Below are positions 13,016-25,769 of a stretch of DNA of 64,000 nt, in pieces; the stretch's first letter is position 1; each line of letters starts with the position of its first letter. Source of the stretch: Lama guanicoe. Lineage: Eukaryota. Made by a program: the position numbers and the translations under genes. The DNA is taken from contig MU054204.1 in NCBI GenBank assembly GCA_013239625.1, positions 272,879-336,878 on the forward strand, read 5' to 3'. The notes below the pieces were generated by a model. It saw only the letters and a list, made by a program, of their open reading frames with translations, was not told the origin of the DNA and did not search any database.

Positions 13016-14254
13016 TTTGGTGGGTTTACTCCTATAACTGGCTCTTATAATTGGCCAACAAAGTTTTGGTCAGTGCCTCGTTTTTCCAGTAAATTTCTTG
13101 TAGCTAGCAGAGGTATTCACAATTATGCCATTGACTATTAATACTACCCTTACACTATTGTAATAAACATTCAGTACTTGTTGGTTATTGTTGCAGATGG
13201 TATTTCTCCTGCTGATGCATTTTTTTCCCCAAGATAAACCGAGTTTAACTTTTCTCTTTCACTTTCTCATATTTCCTAGTTTAGTCAAAAGACTCAAGCA
13301 AGTATCTGCTAGTATCTCTTATTTAGTACAGAAATTACTAGGAAGCCAATAAGTGCTGTTAAGTCCATTTTTCTTTGCCTTTACTCTCAAGGGGCCAACT
13401 TGTCACTTTGTTGACAGTTATTACAGTACTCCATGCTTCACTGAAAATCCATCAAAAATTTCTTATTCACCAACTCATTAGCACAAACTGGGGCTTCAGG
13501 AATCTCTTTCAGTGTCTCAACCCAGTGTGCTTTTATAAGCGTTCCAATCCTGATGGACAACTCAAGAACAAACTCAGGGAGATGAGAGATGGAATTTGAT
13601 TAGTCAGTTCTGAAGGAGTGAATTGTGGGTGAAGGCAAAGTACAGTGTGATTATCTGTGTCAGCAGAAGGACTTTGCTAGCTGTTCACAGGTCACGGAAT
13701 GTCAGAGTTCCACGGGTCCTCAGAGATCATCTAGTCAGACCTCTACGTTTTACCATTAAGGGTAAAAGAGGCCAAAAGACGGGAAAGGGACTTGTCCAAG
13801 GTCAATCAGCTCTTCCCAACTTTCCAGACACCAGATGGCTTTTTGTCATATGACCTTTATGCAATCAGTTTTCAATTACTTGGGCTACTCACTGCTAGCC
13901 CAGAGATCACTTGGATAATCCAAAATGACAGGTAAGTTAACCATTGTTTACATTGGGCTTTGTGATGTGTGTTTATACTGACATTCCAATGCATCTGGGT
14001 CCAATCTGAGAATTCACAACACTTCAAACAGAACAAGAAAGCCACCCTGAAAGGCTGATTCAGGAAGAGCTGGAAAGTTGACCAGCCTTACTGAATGGAC
14101 AGCATCAAATGATGCTATACAGCCCTTCAAGCAAGACATGTTATTCTCAACATGTTTGTTGATTCACACCTGTCTTGCACCCCAGCCAGAGTTATGAGTG
14201 GCAAGATGGGAAGGGAAAAATAAAATCTTTTATAGAAAAAAAAATATACAAACA

Positions 14255-14400
14255 TAGAAAAAGATATATATATAGAAGAAGATATATATATATTATATAT
14301 ATATATATCTATGTATCTTATTTCCCCCCTTCTTTCTTCCCTCCCTCCCTTCATCCCTCCCTCTCTTCTCCATTCCTTTCCTTTCCATTCTTTTTCCCTG
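14255..14400. repeat. (TA)n followed by C/T-rich low complexity
   Basis: tatatata runs, then cttccctccctcccttc. Confidence 0.9.
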
Positions 14401-15360
14401 CTAGAAAAATGAACAGCTGCTTCATCTTCTATATAAACAAATATGTTGGTTGAGCCATTGACCTGGAGAACTAGCTTTCGGATGCCAAACAATAAATGGA
14501 AGACATGCTGGATCCCAGGAATCTAGAGGTGGAGGAGGGAGCAATACTTTTTAAAAGAATCAGTAAGTTAGGAGGAATAAGTAGGAATCCATTGTATAGC
14601 TCAGTAAATGCCCTGGCTCTGGGAAAGAGCTAGTTTGAGGTATGGTCCAAGGGCTCTTCAACCAAATGGAGTTTCATTTCCTGATCTGGACCCATCCATA
14701 CTCTGGGATTGTGCTGGGAGGCCATAATTTGCTGGTTTGTTGTAGGACAATTCTCACAGTTATGCTAAAATGGAACTACTACTATTCACGTTCTGAACAC
14801 GATGCTGCTGGTGACTGAGAAAGGTCATGGAACAGAAAAACGTGCATGGACAATTGGCTTGCACCTACAGCCCAAGAAGGAGTTACTACAAGGATTCAGA
14901 TAGTAGCAGCCAAAGTGGCGGGAGGGAATGCAAAATGCCCGAGCTCTTACTGCAGCAATAATTAAGCATTTTCGTTTAAAAGGTTCCCCCCTACTTTCAT
15001 TTTCTGGCCTAGAATAAACAGATCTTGTTAATGTAACAAAGTACTTAATTAACCTGAGGTGGGACTTAATATCAATACATATTGAAGGAAAGACTTGCTG
15101 TGGTTAACAGTAATATGGATAATTGAGTTATGTGAATTTAAAAAAATGGGTTGAATGAATTAAGACTAATGTACATCAACAGGAAAAATCTATTAGCATT
15201 CATTAGTTAGACTCCTGTTTGTGGTTCTTTGTCAGCCTAAGGAAACCCTTTTAGATGGCTGATGTCTGTTGAAAGCCCTGCCTGATGCTGACATCCTTCC
15301 ATGGATGCCAAAGGAATGAGTCATTCAAATAGAACTTCTGAAATTCAAGTATAGCACTTT

Positions 15361-15432
15361 GCTTCTTCTCTCTTTCCTTTCCTTTCCTTTCCTTTCCTTT
15401 CCTTTCCTCTTCTCTTCTCTTCTCTTCTCTTT

Positions 15433-15464
<32 letters not shown>

Positions 15465-15468
15465 TTTT
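15361..15468. repeat. Compound pyrimidine microsatellite (TTTCC)n(TTCTC)n(TTTC)n
   Basis: Directly visible, about 105 nt of pure pyrimidine. Confidence 0.97.
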
Positions 15469-16662
15469 TGGCAGCAGTGACTGTGAAGGAATAATGATAA
15501 TGACAATGGAAATAAGAGTGTGATCCTAATTAATTTGCTGAGAATTGGCCCCCATTTACCAATATTGACTTGTTTTGCCTTAAGTGGTGGCCCAGGTATT
15601 GGAACATAGGTATATATATATATATTTCAATGTCACTTGGCTAACCTATGATTTGTCAGACAAAGGTTAATTAAAAAAACTGTTGGGTTAGCAGCAATAA
15701 ATTTAATAACAGTCTGTGTATTTAACTCAGAATTTCAATTTATTGGATGGGATTTTTAAAATCCTGAATTAACATTTTTCTCTGTACTCAGAGGTCTCTT
15801 CTGCCAAATTGCACATAAGCTGGCCAACCTAAAGCTCAGCAGAATGCTAACTTACATGGTGTGGGGCTACATTGGAGGGATGTTATAAAAGACTGAAAGA
15901 AAGATTGGAACAAGAGTAGAAGTAAATGTAAAACTATCTGCAGCAAAGACCAGCCCTTAGTTGCCCCATTTAGAATCTGCCTTTCCCTAAGGATTTAATC
16001 ATTCTCAACTCTTTTGCACCTGGGAGAAAACAAACATCTCTTCCTGATTCCATTAGTGGGTTGGACCTTTTTTCACCTGACCATCTCCATGGACATATGA
16101 ACTTTAAATGATAACCCACCCCTGAAGCTGGGAACTATGTCTGCTTTGTTCATTTTTGTATCTCTAGCACTTAGCAAGTTGTCCCATGAATACTAGAAGT
16201 TAGCTAAAAACTTGAGCAATGAATTAATGGATGGATGAGATGGCTCCTACCACCAAGGGTGGAATTGATATTCCAACAGGTAGAACTCACTTTTGTGAGT
16301 TCTACAAAAGAAGCTATAATAAGGACCCTTGGGGGACATTCTGCTTTGCTTTGCTTTTGCCTACCCCAGTGGCTATTATTTCTACCTTTGCTTTCAATGC
16401 CCCCCTGCCTGACTACATTCCTACCAAGATTGCCATGGCCAGTGGAAATTCTGTAGACTGTGGTAGAACAGTGAACACCCATGTTTCCAGCTTTCGGTCA
16501 GTGTCCACTGTGTGCCAGACATTGGTAGCACTATGCTAGGCACTTGTTAATCAGTTATTTTGTATCTTTTGAATTTGCAGCTCCACTCACAGAGTATTGA
16601 GCTGGAAGCCACCTTTAAGGTCTTCAGAGTCAATCTCTTTGCTGTAAAAATCAGAGCTCACA

Positions 16663-17432
16663 TGAGAAAGGAACCCTCCTACACTGTTGGTAGGAGTGTT
16701 AATTGGAGCAGCCACTATGGAAAACAGTGTTGGAGATTCCTTAAAAAACTGAAAACAGAGTTGCCATATGATCCAGCAATCCCACTTCTGGGAATATATC
16801 TGGAGAAAACTCAAATTCGAAAAGATACATGCACCCCAATGTTCACAGCAGCACTATATATAATATCCAAGACAGGGAAAAAACCTGAATGTCCATTGAC
16901 GACTGGGTAAAGATGATGTGATATATATATCACACATATATACATATACATACAATGGAATACTATTCAGCCATAAAAAATAATGAAATAATGCCATTTG
17001 CAACAACGTGGATGGACCTAGAGATTATCATAGTAAGTGAAGTAAGTCAGACAGAGAAAGGCAGCTATTGTATGATATCACTTATATGTAGAATCTAAAA
17101 AAAAAGTACAAATGAGCTTATTTACAGAGCAGAAACAGATTCACAGACATAAAAAACAAACTTATAGTTACCAAAGGGGAAAAGGAGTCAGAGAGGGATA
17201 AATTAGTTTAGGTTTAGCAGATACACACAACTATGTATAAAATAGGCAAACAGCAAGGTCCTAGTGTATAGCACAGGGAACTATAGTCAATATCCTGTAA
17301 TAAACCATAACAGAAAAGAATATGAAAAAGAATACACACACACACACACACGCACACATATATACCTGAATCACTATGCTGTACATCAGAAACCAACACA
17401 GCATTGCAAATCAACTATACTTCAATTTAAAA
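16663..17432 (+). mobile_element. L1 3' end (ORF2 C-terminus plus 3'UTR)
   Basis: ORF 16560-16910 contains [31 protein letters not shown]; ends caactatacttcaatttaaaa. Confidence 0.93.
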
Positions 17433-17444
17433 CAATCACAGTCC

Positions 17445-17630
17445 ACATTTATTGAGGACTTACTGTTCCCAGATACTCCATAACAATCCTGTGAGATAGG
17501 CACACTTGTTATCTAGATTTAACACATGAGGCCATTGGGACACAGAGATGTTAGGTAACTTGCTCAGGGTCACACAGCCAGGAGGTACTAGAACCAAGAT
17601 TCACACTCAGTTTGTCAGATTTCAAAGTCT
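17445..17630 (-). mobile_element. MIR
   Basis: aacaatcctgtgagataggc...cacagagatgttaggtaacttgctcagggtcacacagc. Confidence 0.8.
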
Positions 17631-17951
17631 GCCCGAAGAGAGAAAAGGACTTGCCAAAGGTCATTTTGGGAGAGCCTAGGACTTCTGGCTCTAATTTGTG
17701 TGCACAGTGTGCTATCCCTTGCTGCTACCTTAGGGGCTCCTGCTGAACATCGTTTTTGTATTTAGAAGTTCATGTCTCCCCAACTGGACTGTGGATTTCT
17801 CCAGGGCAAAGACTACATTATTTCTGTTTCCTTCTTCCTCAAGGGCTTACCAAAGCTTGGCCTTCAGTAAATAATGCCTGTAATCAGGCTTTACTACTTG
17901 TGACTCAGAGGTTGGAAGAACCCAAGAAGTGGAATTTGGGGGACAGACCCA

Positions 17952-17990
17952 CCTCACCACCTGCTTTCTCTTTTGTTTTCTGCCACACAG
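17952..17990 (+). promoter_or_regulatory. Branch point, polypyrimidine tract and 3' splice site of the SHROOM4 exon
   Basis: cctcAc (yUnAy, A at 17956), then ctgctttctcttttgttttctg and cacag. Confidence 0.8.
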
Positions 17991-18142
17991 ATTGAAGATG
18001 GAGGCAAGGCAGCCTTGTCCCAGAAGATGAGGACTGGCGATGAGCTGGTGAATATTAATGGCACTCCATTGTATGGCTCCCGCCAAGAGGCCCTCATCCT
18101 CATCAAAGGCTCCTTCCGGATCCTCAAGCTGATTGTCAGGAG
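17991..18142 (+). CDS. SHROOM4: Internal coding exon (exon 2) of SHROOM4, C-terminal part of the PDZ domain
   Basis: Translates in frame from 17991 as IEDGGKAALSQKMRTGDELVNINGTPLYGSRQEALILIKGSFRILKLIVR(R), which I recognise as the SHROOM4 PDZ sequence. Preceded by a polypyrimidine tract and cag acceptor, followed by AG|gtaaga donor. 152 bp, phase 0 to phase 2. Confidence 0.97.
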
Positions 18143-18148
18143 GTAAGA
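18143..18148 (+). promoter_or_regulatory. 5' splice donor
   Basis: AG|gtaaga, near consensus. Confidence 0.9.
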
Positions 18149-18524
18149 TACAGGGAGAGTTGCTATAAGGCGCAGGAGCCGCTGGAACCACTTGGTTGGT
18201 AGTGAAACCTCAGTAGAGTCATGTCAATCAGTATCACCAAGGAAAGAGGTGTTTCACATGAACAGAATTTTGCAGGCCACTGAAGTAGAATGGCATAAGA
18301 GAAAGCACCTTTGGTTCAAATCCTGGCACTGCCACGTACTGCCCACGTCATCTGGGATAAATTTATTTTCCCTCTGTAAGACTCAGTCTCCTTATTTGGT
18401 ACTGAGAGGACTAAATGACTCCATCCACACCCAGGGCCTACCTAACCCAGAGTTTTCCTATCTCCCCCTTCAGAAGAGGCCACCACTGCTGAACCACACA
18501 GAGATTTAAAGAGACCCTCCTCCC

Positions 18525-19020
18525 AGCCATGGTAGGCACTCCGGTGGCTGTGGCAAACTCTAAGATAGAAGTCCTGCCCTTGAGGAGTGTGCAGTCTAAT
18601 AGGGGAGAGAAAGGCACACATGTGATTAATTAATTAGCCATACTTTTTTTTTAATGGAGGTACTGGGGATTGAACCCAGGACCTCATGCATGCTAAGCAT
18701 GTGCTCTACCACTGAGCTATACCCTCCCCCCAGCAATACATTTTTAAACAAAAGCAATAAAGGAGATTTCACAGGGTGAAGTGTCATTGTCAGATGGCTT
18801 GTTCAGACAGCAACTGCTATTTAGAGTTCAAGAGAAAGCACTTCCAAAGAGATTGTTAGGGTAAGACTTCATAGAGGAGGTGGAATTTGAGCTGAAAGGT
18901 AGGTAGTAGTTGATAAAGAAGCCTTCAAGAAGGGAAAGGAATTCCAGGTAAGTGGAGCAGCAGAGGCAGAAGGAAGATAAGAACACAGCATCCAGGACTG
19001 ACCTGCTCAGAGGCTGGCAG
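18525..19020 (-). mobile_element. L2 fragment hosting a SINE
   Basis: gtcctgcccttgaggag..cagtcta; gacttcatagaggaggtggaatttgagctga. Confidence 0.7.
18644..18731 (-). mobile_element. vic-1-like SINE, short form
   Basis: aatggaggtactggggattgaacccaggacctc...ccactgagctataccctcccc; TSD agc(c/a)atac. Confidence 0.92.
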
Positions 19021-19636
19021 GCATGTGGTTTGGAGGGAAGCCCATATCCCACCGAGGAGGGGCATCCATGAGTATAGCCAGGGCCTGGCTTGGGGTGTGG
19101 AGCATGGAGCTGTCCCTGTGGCCCATGGGAATTCAGCCACATGTACAGTCACTCTGGCAATATACCTTCTCCAAGCCAGAAACCAAATTTACTTTCATAA
19201 AAAAAAACTTGTGAAAAAAATTTTTATAAAGAGAAGGAAGACAAGGACGTATTTGGGCACAGTCATTCTATTACTGCCAAAGCAGCTCCTTAATGGTGAG
19301 CTTTCCATAGGTCTCTCTTTCAATTTGCTGCTGCATCTTTGCTCTGCACTACTGGAATGCATCCTTCTCCTTCTCTCTTAGTTTCCTTTATCCTATACAC
19401 ATGCCTATGTTTTTCCATCTTATTTATTTTTATTAGAAAGTGTCTTCCCGCAGTCAAACTTCCCCCTCTGGTTCCTGCCCCGTCTTCTTCCTTATGTTCA
19501 TACCCAGTCTTTCAAAAGGAGAATCTATACTCACTGTCTCCACTTCTTCACCTGCCATTTAGCTTTCCACTCACTCCAGTCTGAATTTGATCCCTCAAAC
19601 TCCACTGAAACTATTCTGTCAAAAGTTATATATTAC

Positions 19637-20270
19637 TATCCAGAGGAAACTCTAATTCAAAAAGGTACATGCACCCCAATGTTCATAACAGCACTACTTA
19701 CAATATCCAAGACATGGAAACAACCCAAATGTCCATCAACAGAAAACTAGATAAAGAAGTTGTGGTAGGTTTGTACAATGGAATACTACTCAGCCATGAA
19801 AAAGAATGAAATAATGCCATTTGCAGCAACATGGATGGACCTGGAGATCAACATTCTGTGTGAAGTGAGCCAGAAAGAAAAAGAAAAATACCATCTGATA
19901 CCAGTCATATGTAGAATCTAAAAAAAGACACAAATGAACTTATTTACAAAACAAAAACAGACTCACAGACATAGAAAACAAACTTATCATTACCAGAGTG
20001 GGGAAATAGGGTGGGAAGGGATAAATTGGGAGTTTGGGATTTGCAGATACTAACTAACTACTATATATAAAGTAGATAAACAACAAGTTCATACTGTATA
20101 GCACAGGGAACTATGTGCAATACCTTGTAATAAACTACAATGAAAAATAATATGAAAATAATTATGCATATATATGTATAACTGAAACATTATGCTGTAC
20201 ACCAGAAATGGACATATTGTAAACTGACTATACTTCAATTAAAAAAAAAACCAAAAAAAGCCCCAACAAC
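19637..20270 (+). mobile_element. Young 5'-truncated L1
   Basis: tatccagaggaaactctaattcaaaa...ctgactatacttcaattaaaaaa; perfect TSD aagttatatattac at 19623-19636 and 20271-20284. Confidence 0.95.
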
Positions 20271-20459
20271 AAGTTATATATTACCTCCTCATTGTCCAAG
20301 TTAATGGATTATTTCCAGTCTTCATCAGATATGATTTACATATGACATTTGACTTTGTTGCTCTGGATTATGCCCTCCTTTGTGAAACTCTTCTGTCTTG
20401 CTTTCAAGATGCCCCATTTTCTTTTTTGGAGGGATCTAACTGGTAAAGATTTTATTTTT

Positions 20460-21240
20460 TGTTTTCTTTCTTTTAAATAGACTTTATTTTTTAGAACAGT
20501 TTCAGGTTTACAGCAGAATTGAGCAGAAAATACAGAGTTCGCACATAGCCCTCCCCACCCACAAATATATATTCCCCTACCCTCAACATCCCTCATTAGT
20601 GTGACATATTTGGTACAATTGATGAACCAACATGGGCACATTATTATCAATCAAAGTCCATAGTTTACATTAGGGTTCACTCTTTTTTTTAACATTTTTT
20701 ATTGATTCATAATCATTTTACAGTGTTGTGTCAAATTCCAGTGTTCAGCACAATTTTTCAGTCATTCATGAACATATACACACTCATTGTCACATTTTTT
20801 TCTCTGTGATTTATCATAACATTTTGTGTATATTTCCCTGTGCTATACAGTGTAATCTTGTTTATCTATTCTACAATTTTGAAACCCCAGTCTATCCCTT
20901 CCCACCCTCTACCCCGCCCCCACCCCGGTAACCACTCCTATGGTATTTTTTTTCTCTTTCTGGCTTACTTCACTTAGAATGACAATCCAAAAAGGGTTCA
21001 CTCTTGATGTTGTACATTCTATGGGTTTTCACAAATGCATAATGACCTGTAGCCACCACTATAGTATCATACAGAATAATTTCATTGCCCTAAAAATCCC
21101 TTGTGCTCCATCTATTCATTCCTCCCTCCCTCTCTCCACACCCCTGGAAGCCATGATCTTTTTATTGTTTCTGTAGCTGTGCCTTTTCCAGAATGTCATT
21201 TGGTTGGAATCGTATAGTTTGTAGCCTTTTCAGACTGGCT
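20460..21240 (-). mobile_element. L1MC-like 3' end, inside a probable transduction unit
   Basis: aatagactttattttttagaacagtttcagg...gtccatagtttacattagggttcactctt...gccttttcagactggctt. Confidence 0.85.
20685..20992 (-). mobile_element. Youngest-type L1 3' tail with internal deletion
   Basis: aacattttttattgattcataatcattttac...; perfect TSD agggttcactctt at 20672-20684 and 20993-21005. Confidence 0.93.
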
Positions 21241-21244
21241 TGTT

Positions 21245-21310
21245 TTCTTTTTTTACTGAGGTTTAGTCAGTTATAATGTGTCAATTTCTGGTGTACAGCA
21301 TAATGTCCCA
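21245..21310 (-). mobile_element. ~60-nt L1 3' stub
   Basis: tttttttactgaggtttagtcagttataatgtgtcaatttctggtgtacagcataatgtccca. Confidence 0.85.
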
Positions 21311-23379
21311 CAAGATACCCCATTTCTTTGTTCTCTTCCTACTTCTCTGTTCATTTTTTTAATGAGGTTCATTTACCACCTGCTTTTCCTCTGACCATGC
21401 CTTAAATGTTGGTGTTTCCCCTAGCTCCACCCTTTTCTAACTTCATTAATAGACTGGAAAATCTCACCAGGTCCCTGAGCTTCCATTATTATCTATATGC
21501 GGATGACTGTCTCTTATGCCCCAGACCCCTATAGCCAACTTCCTACTGGGCATTTATACTTAGATGTCTAGAAGCATTTCACACATAACACGCTCAGAAC
21601 CTAACACATTATCTCCTTCTCCTTGCAAGCTTCTTATTTCAGTAACTGGGACCACCATACCCGTAGTCAGCCAAGCCAGAAACACAGACGCCATCTTTAA
21701 TTCTTCCATCGTTTTCATGCTCTCCATCTAAATGATTGATCCTGAGGAAAGAATATTTAGAGGGAAAGGGATTTGAGTGAGTTAGTAAGGGTGAAGTTAT
21801 ACGGGATCCCATTGATCTACTACCTGCTGGTATCTAAGATTAAACCATGCCTGCCCAAGTACCTGAGTAGGAGGTGACATGTTAAGTAATGCCTTGTACA
21901 ATAGACACATTGTCACTGACTCAATCCTGAACAGGTCATTATCTATGTTTTAAATAAGGCTTCTTGAAGGGCCAGCTTGGTGAATTTGGAAGTTCTCATT
22001 TTGAAGCCAGATAGACCTATGTGTGCTACTTCCTAGTTCTGTCACATGGGAAATCATAGTTCCTGTATAATGGCATTATTGTGATGATTAAGTGAGGCAG
22101 TTTCTATAAAATGCCTTTAATGTAATAGGTTCTCAATGAATTTCAGTCCCATTCCTTTCCCCTGGGTATAAAAGAAGCGTAATTGGAGTAACCAACCATT
22201 ATTAAATAAGGAGAGCATCAAACCGGATTGTGCTTTGCAACCTAGTCTTCAGAGAGCAAGAGTTGCTGGGAAACCATTAGGGGTGGAAAAGATCAAAGAA
22301 ATAAAGGCCCTTGGGAAGCATTGGTTGAAACATTGAAACACAGAGGTACCAGCACTTCAAAGGACTGTAGACCATCCACAGTGGTGGCTTCTGACCCAGT
22401 CAGAAAAATGGAAGAGTTCAGGTGCGTCACTCTCTCACCCTCCCTCAGTAACTCCATGTCCTCTTTCTCCTTGCTGTAGTGACATCTGCCACTACCAGTC
22501 ACTTAGGAGTGGCTATAATTATGGCCTTGGAGATAGTAGGGCCCTTGGTTTTCATAGTGTGGCAGGTCCTATAGCTCCCTGAACCCTCATTGGTCTACCC
22601 TTTCAGCCTCACTTTCTCAACCCCTATTGGAGGAGGCTTTCAATGACATCATTTATTAGGTGATGCTGCCCTCTTGTGGAAAACTTAACCTTTACCTATG
22701 GACTACCCTGGGGATGGTATAGGACATTTATTCCTTCCTTCTTAGTCCAAGTTATTCTTCCAATCTATGAAAGAGCTCTTAGCACATAAAAGAAGTGTGA
22801 TCTCCCTGAAATTTAGTATTTGGCCTAGTGTTTTATATTAAGGTAGAAACTCTTTGGTTTGAGTCAGCAATCAACTAACAAAGATTCAACACTGAGCTTT
22901 AGATCTTTGCTTCAGTCTTTGGGGATGAATATACAGAGAAGGAACTTTAGAAAACGGCTTATTCTGAAAAGCCAGCCCAGGTCTTCCTCCTATGTTATTT
23001 TTTAGATAATGGTCAACTAATTCAGAAATCTAGGTGTTACCTTTAGCAATTTCTCACTTGCCTCAAAGCAGTTCAGTCCAAGTTATTTAAAGTCTTGATG
23101 ATTCTACTTGCTAAAAACCTCTCTGTATCCTTTTTCTTAATCCAATTGCTCATTGTTTCTTACCTGGACCATTGTAAGAGCCTTCTCACTGGCTTCTCAT
23201 CTTTCAGTCTCACCTCATTCCAATCTTTCCATTCTCCAAATAGGCATCTAATCATGTCACTTATCTAATTTTTTTAAAAAAAGGACCAATAACCACACAG
23301 TAATGTTGGAGATTCATTTTATATTGATAGAAGATGCAAACTATATTGAAGATTTGTATTCATGAACTCTTTTTTTTTG

Positions 23380-24900
23380 GCAAAAACAAAAACAAAACAG
23401 TATCCAAATACGCAGAGGAAAAAAACCCCTGCAATGCAAGAAAAATTATAGAAATGTTTATATGGGAGACTTTAACATAATTTAACTCTAACAGATAAAG
23501 TAGAACCCAAAAATGTTCTTCAAAGGTTTGAAAACATAATTCATAAGATCTAATGAATAAATGTCAAAAATTATAGTGTATAGACAGTGAATACACTATT
23601 TTCAAATATTCAGATAACATTTTAAAAAATAATCATATGCTAACACCACAAAGAAAACTTTTGCAAACTCTTACGAGTAGAAATCACACTTGCCCTGTTC
23701 TCTGATGATAATGTAAGACTTTTATAAACTTAAAAACAAATTTAAACAAAAGTATTCAGCTGCATGAATATTTCAGAACACATTTATATGCAAGTATTAG
23801 CCCAAAGAAACACTGGCAGACTAATAAAAAAAATAACAAAAATGAGATCATGGCTTATCAAATCTTTGAAAGCAATATTCAGAAGTAAATTCATAACCTT
23901 AAATATTTCATTATTAAAAATGAAGAATGAAATTATATGACTAAGAATCCAATATAATATGAAGCCGAGGGGTAGGGTTTTTTTTTTATGGGGGGATGAA
24001 TTAAGTAGATAAGCCTCTAGCAAATTTAATCTAGAAAACAAAGACGAATTATAAATAAAACCTAAATGATAAATGGAATATAACAACAACTATAAAGAAG
24101 GTCTCTTAAATTATAGGATACTACTAAATTGTACCTTCATAAATTTGAAAATCTCAGAGAAATTTCAAGTACCTAATAAATTGTTAAATACCAAGCATAA
24201 TTGAGAAGTTGAAAACTAAATAGCTCTGTAATTGTAGAAACATTGGAAACAATTATCAAAGAGAAACTTCCAAAAATCCTTTAAGGCTAGATGTTTTTAT
24301 CAGTGAGTTCTTTCAAGGAACTTTCTAGGCATAGCCAAATTCAATTCTATAACAGTGGTATAAAATTGAAAATCTTGCAGAGTTATTCACATTGTTTTTG
24401 AAGCTAGCATTGCTCTGATACCAACGCCTGACAAATTGCTCCAAAAAGAATATTTTATCCAATTTGTGGACTTAGATGCAAAACCTATATGAAATTCTAT
24501 CCGGTCTCCTTCAGTAATGTTGGGCAATAATTCACTGCAATTGTTAAAAGATAATTGTTAAAAAGGCAAAAATCTTAACTCTCATACCGATATAAAAATG
24601 AACATATGTTAAAGATTTTATTTAACATTAGTGAAGAACTTTTTAAGGTGTTAACAACCACTTCAAAGGATAAATCAAAGAAGCACAACTTTAAAACTAA
24701 CACACACTAGGCCACGGTCACCATTGGGAGCTCTAAGAAGAAATATATCTCATTTACAATAGCAACCAGACACATACAATTCTTAGGAATGATCTTAATA
24801 GGAAATATGTATGAAAGAAAGAGAATGCATATGGTGGGAATTACAAAACTGTACAGAAAGGGAAAATGTGTAGACATTATTTTTGCTCAGGCAGGTAAAC
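23380..24900 (+). mobile_element. Very old, degenerate L1 ORF2 remnant
   Basis: A-rich; gggagactttaac (GDFN-like), ttctctgatgataatg (SDH-like), aaatttgaaaatctcag, gaagctagcattgctctgatacca, catttacaatagcaac. Confidence 0.65.
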
Positions 24901-25549
24901 TCTTAGGGCACTGCTATAATGATAAAAAAGCAAGACACAATATAATTAATGGACAGGATATACACATGTCCTGGTTTAGGCATGCTGTTCGAAGACAACT
25001 TTCAAACTGTTGTTCCTCCATACTCATGCAAAAATCCCTTCTGAAATTCAAGCAAGTGGGTTTTACCATTTTCATTCCCTTATCAATGTCATCCGTCAGC
25101 CTCCAAGTCATTCTCCCACTCCCATTTTATACTTTGGCACCTGCTTCACCATTGTCTTCTCCACCCCAGTTCCTACTGTCATACTGAAAGATTTCATGGT
25201 CCTCACAGAGGAACACAAACTTTTGTCTTATGGGTCCTTGATCTTGACTTCAGAGATAAACCCTTCCAGATCAGCCGCTCACTCCCCTGACTGTACCATG
25301 GACATTCTAACCTTTCAGTCAACAAATATTTATCGAATGTCTAACCTATGCTAGAGTCTGGTGATTCAGTCATGAAAGCCTGACACCTTCCAGTCTTTCT
25401 CCATCAGAGTTCCTTATTTGAATCATAGAACAAAGAAAATAAATTGAGTGACTATTACCTCAATTTTTCCCAAGGATGACACATAACTCAGAGTATGCTA
25501 GATGCATAAGACAGAAGTTAATTCATTACAAACAATGGATACTTTAGGG

Positions 25550-25705
25550 CTGTGATTCTCACTGATGAACATCACTTAGGAACTTGCTAGAAATGCAAAT
25601 CAAGGGTGCTACTGTAGACCTCTGGAATCAAAACTCTGGCTGTGGCCCCCAGCAATGTTTTAACAGGCTTTCTGGGTGAAAATCTTACAGTTTGAGAACA
25701 CCTGT
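25550..25705. mobile_element. MER5A-like MITE
   Basis: catcacttaggaacttgctagaaatgcaaatc...gaatcaaaactctgg..gttttaaca..agtttgagaac. Confidence 0.75.
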
Positions 25706-25769
25706 CTCGAGGCCTTAGGGCTCAATTCCCATATTAATTCTCATGAATCAGTTGAGAAAGACTGCATTC

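Larger units (their letters stand above)
19440..21730 (+). mobile_element. L2, host of several L1 insertions
   Basis: ctccactgaaactattctgtcaaag; ccttaaatgttggtgttt; atctatatgcggatgact; cagccaagccagaaac. Confidence 0.75.

Noticed and set aside
14827..14961. Short ATG ORF in unique sequence
   Set aside because: About 45 codons, no recognisable homology and no supporting splice or promoter context.
17847..18191. 114-aa antisense ORF overlapping the exon
   Set aside because: It mirrors the SHROOM4 coding frame, has a non-ATG start and has no recognisable homology.
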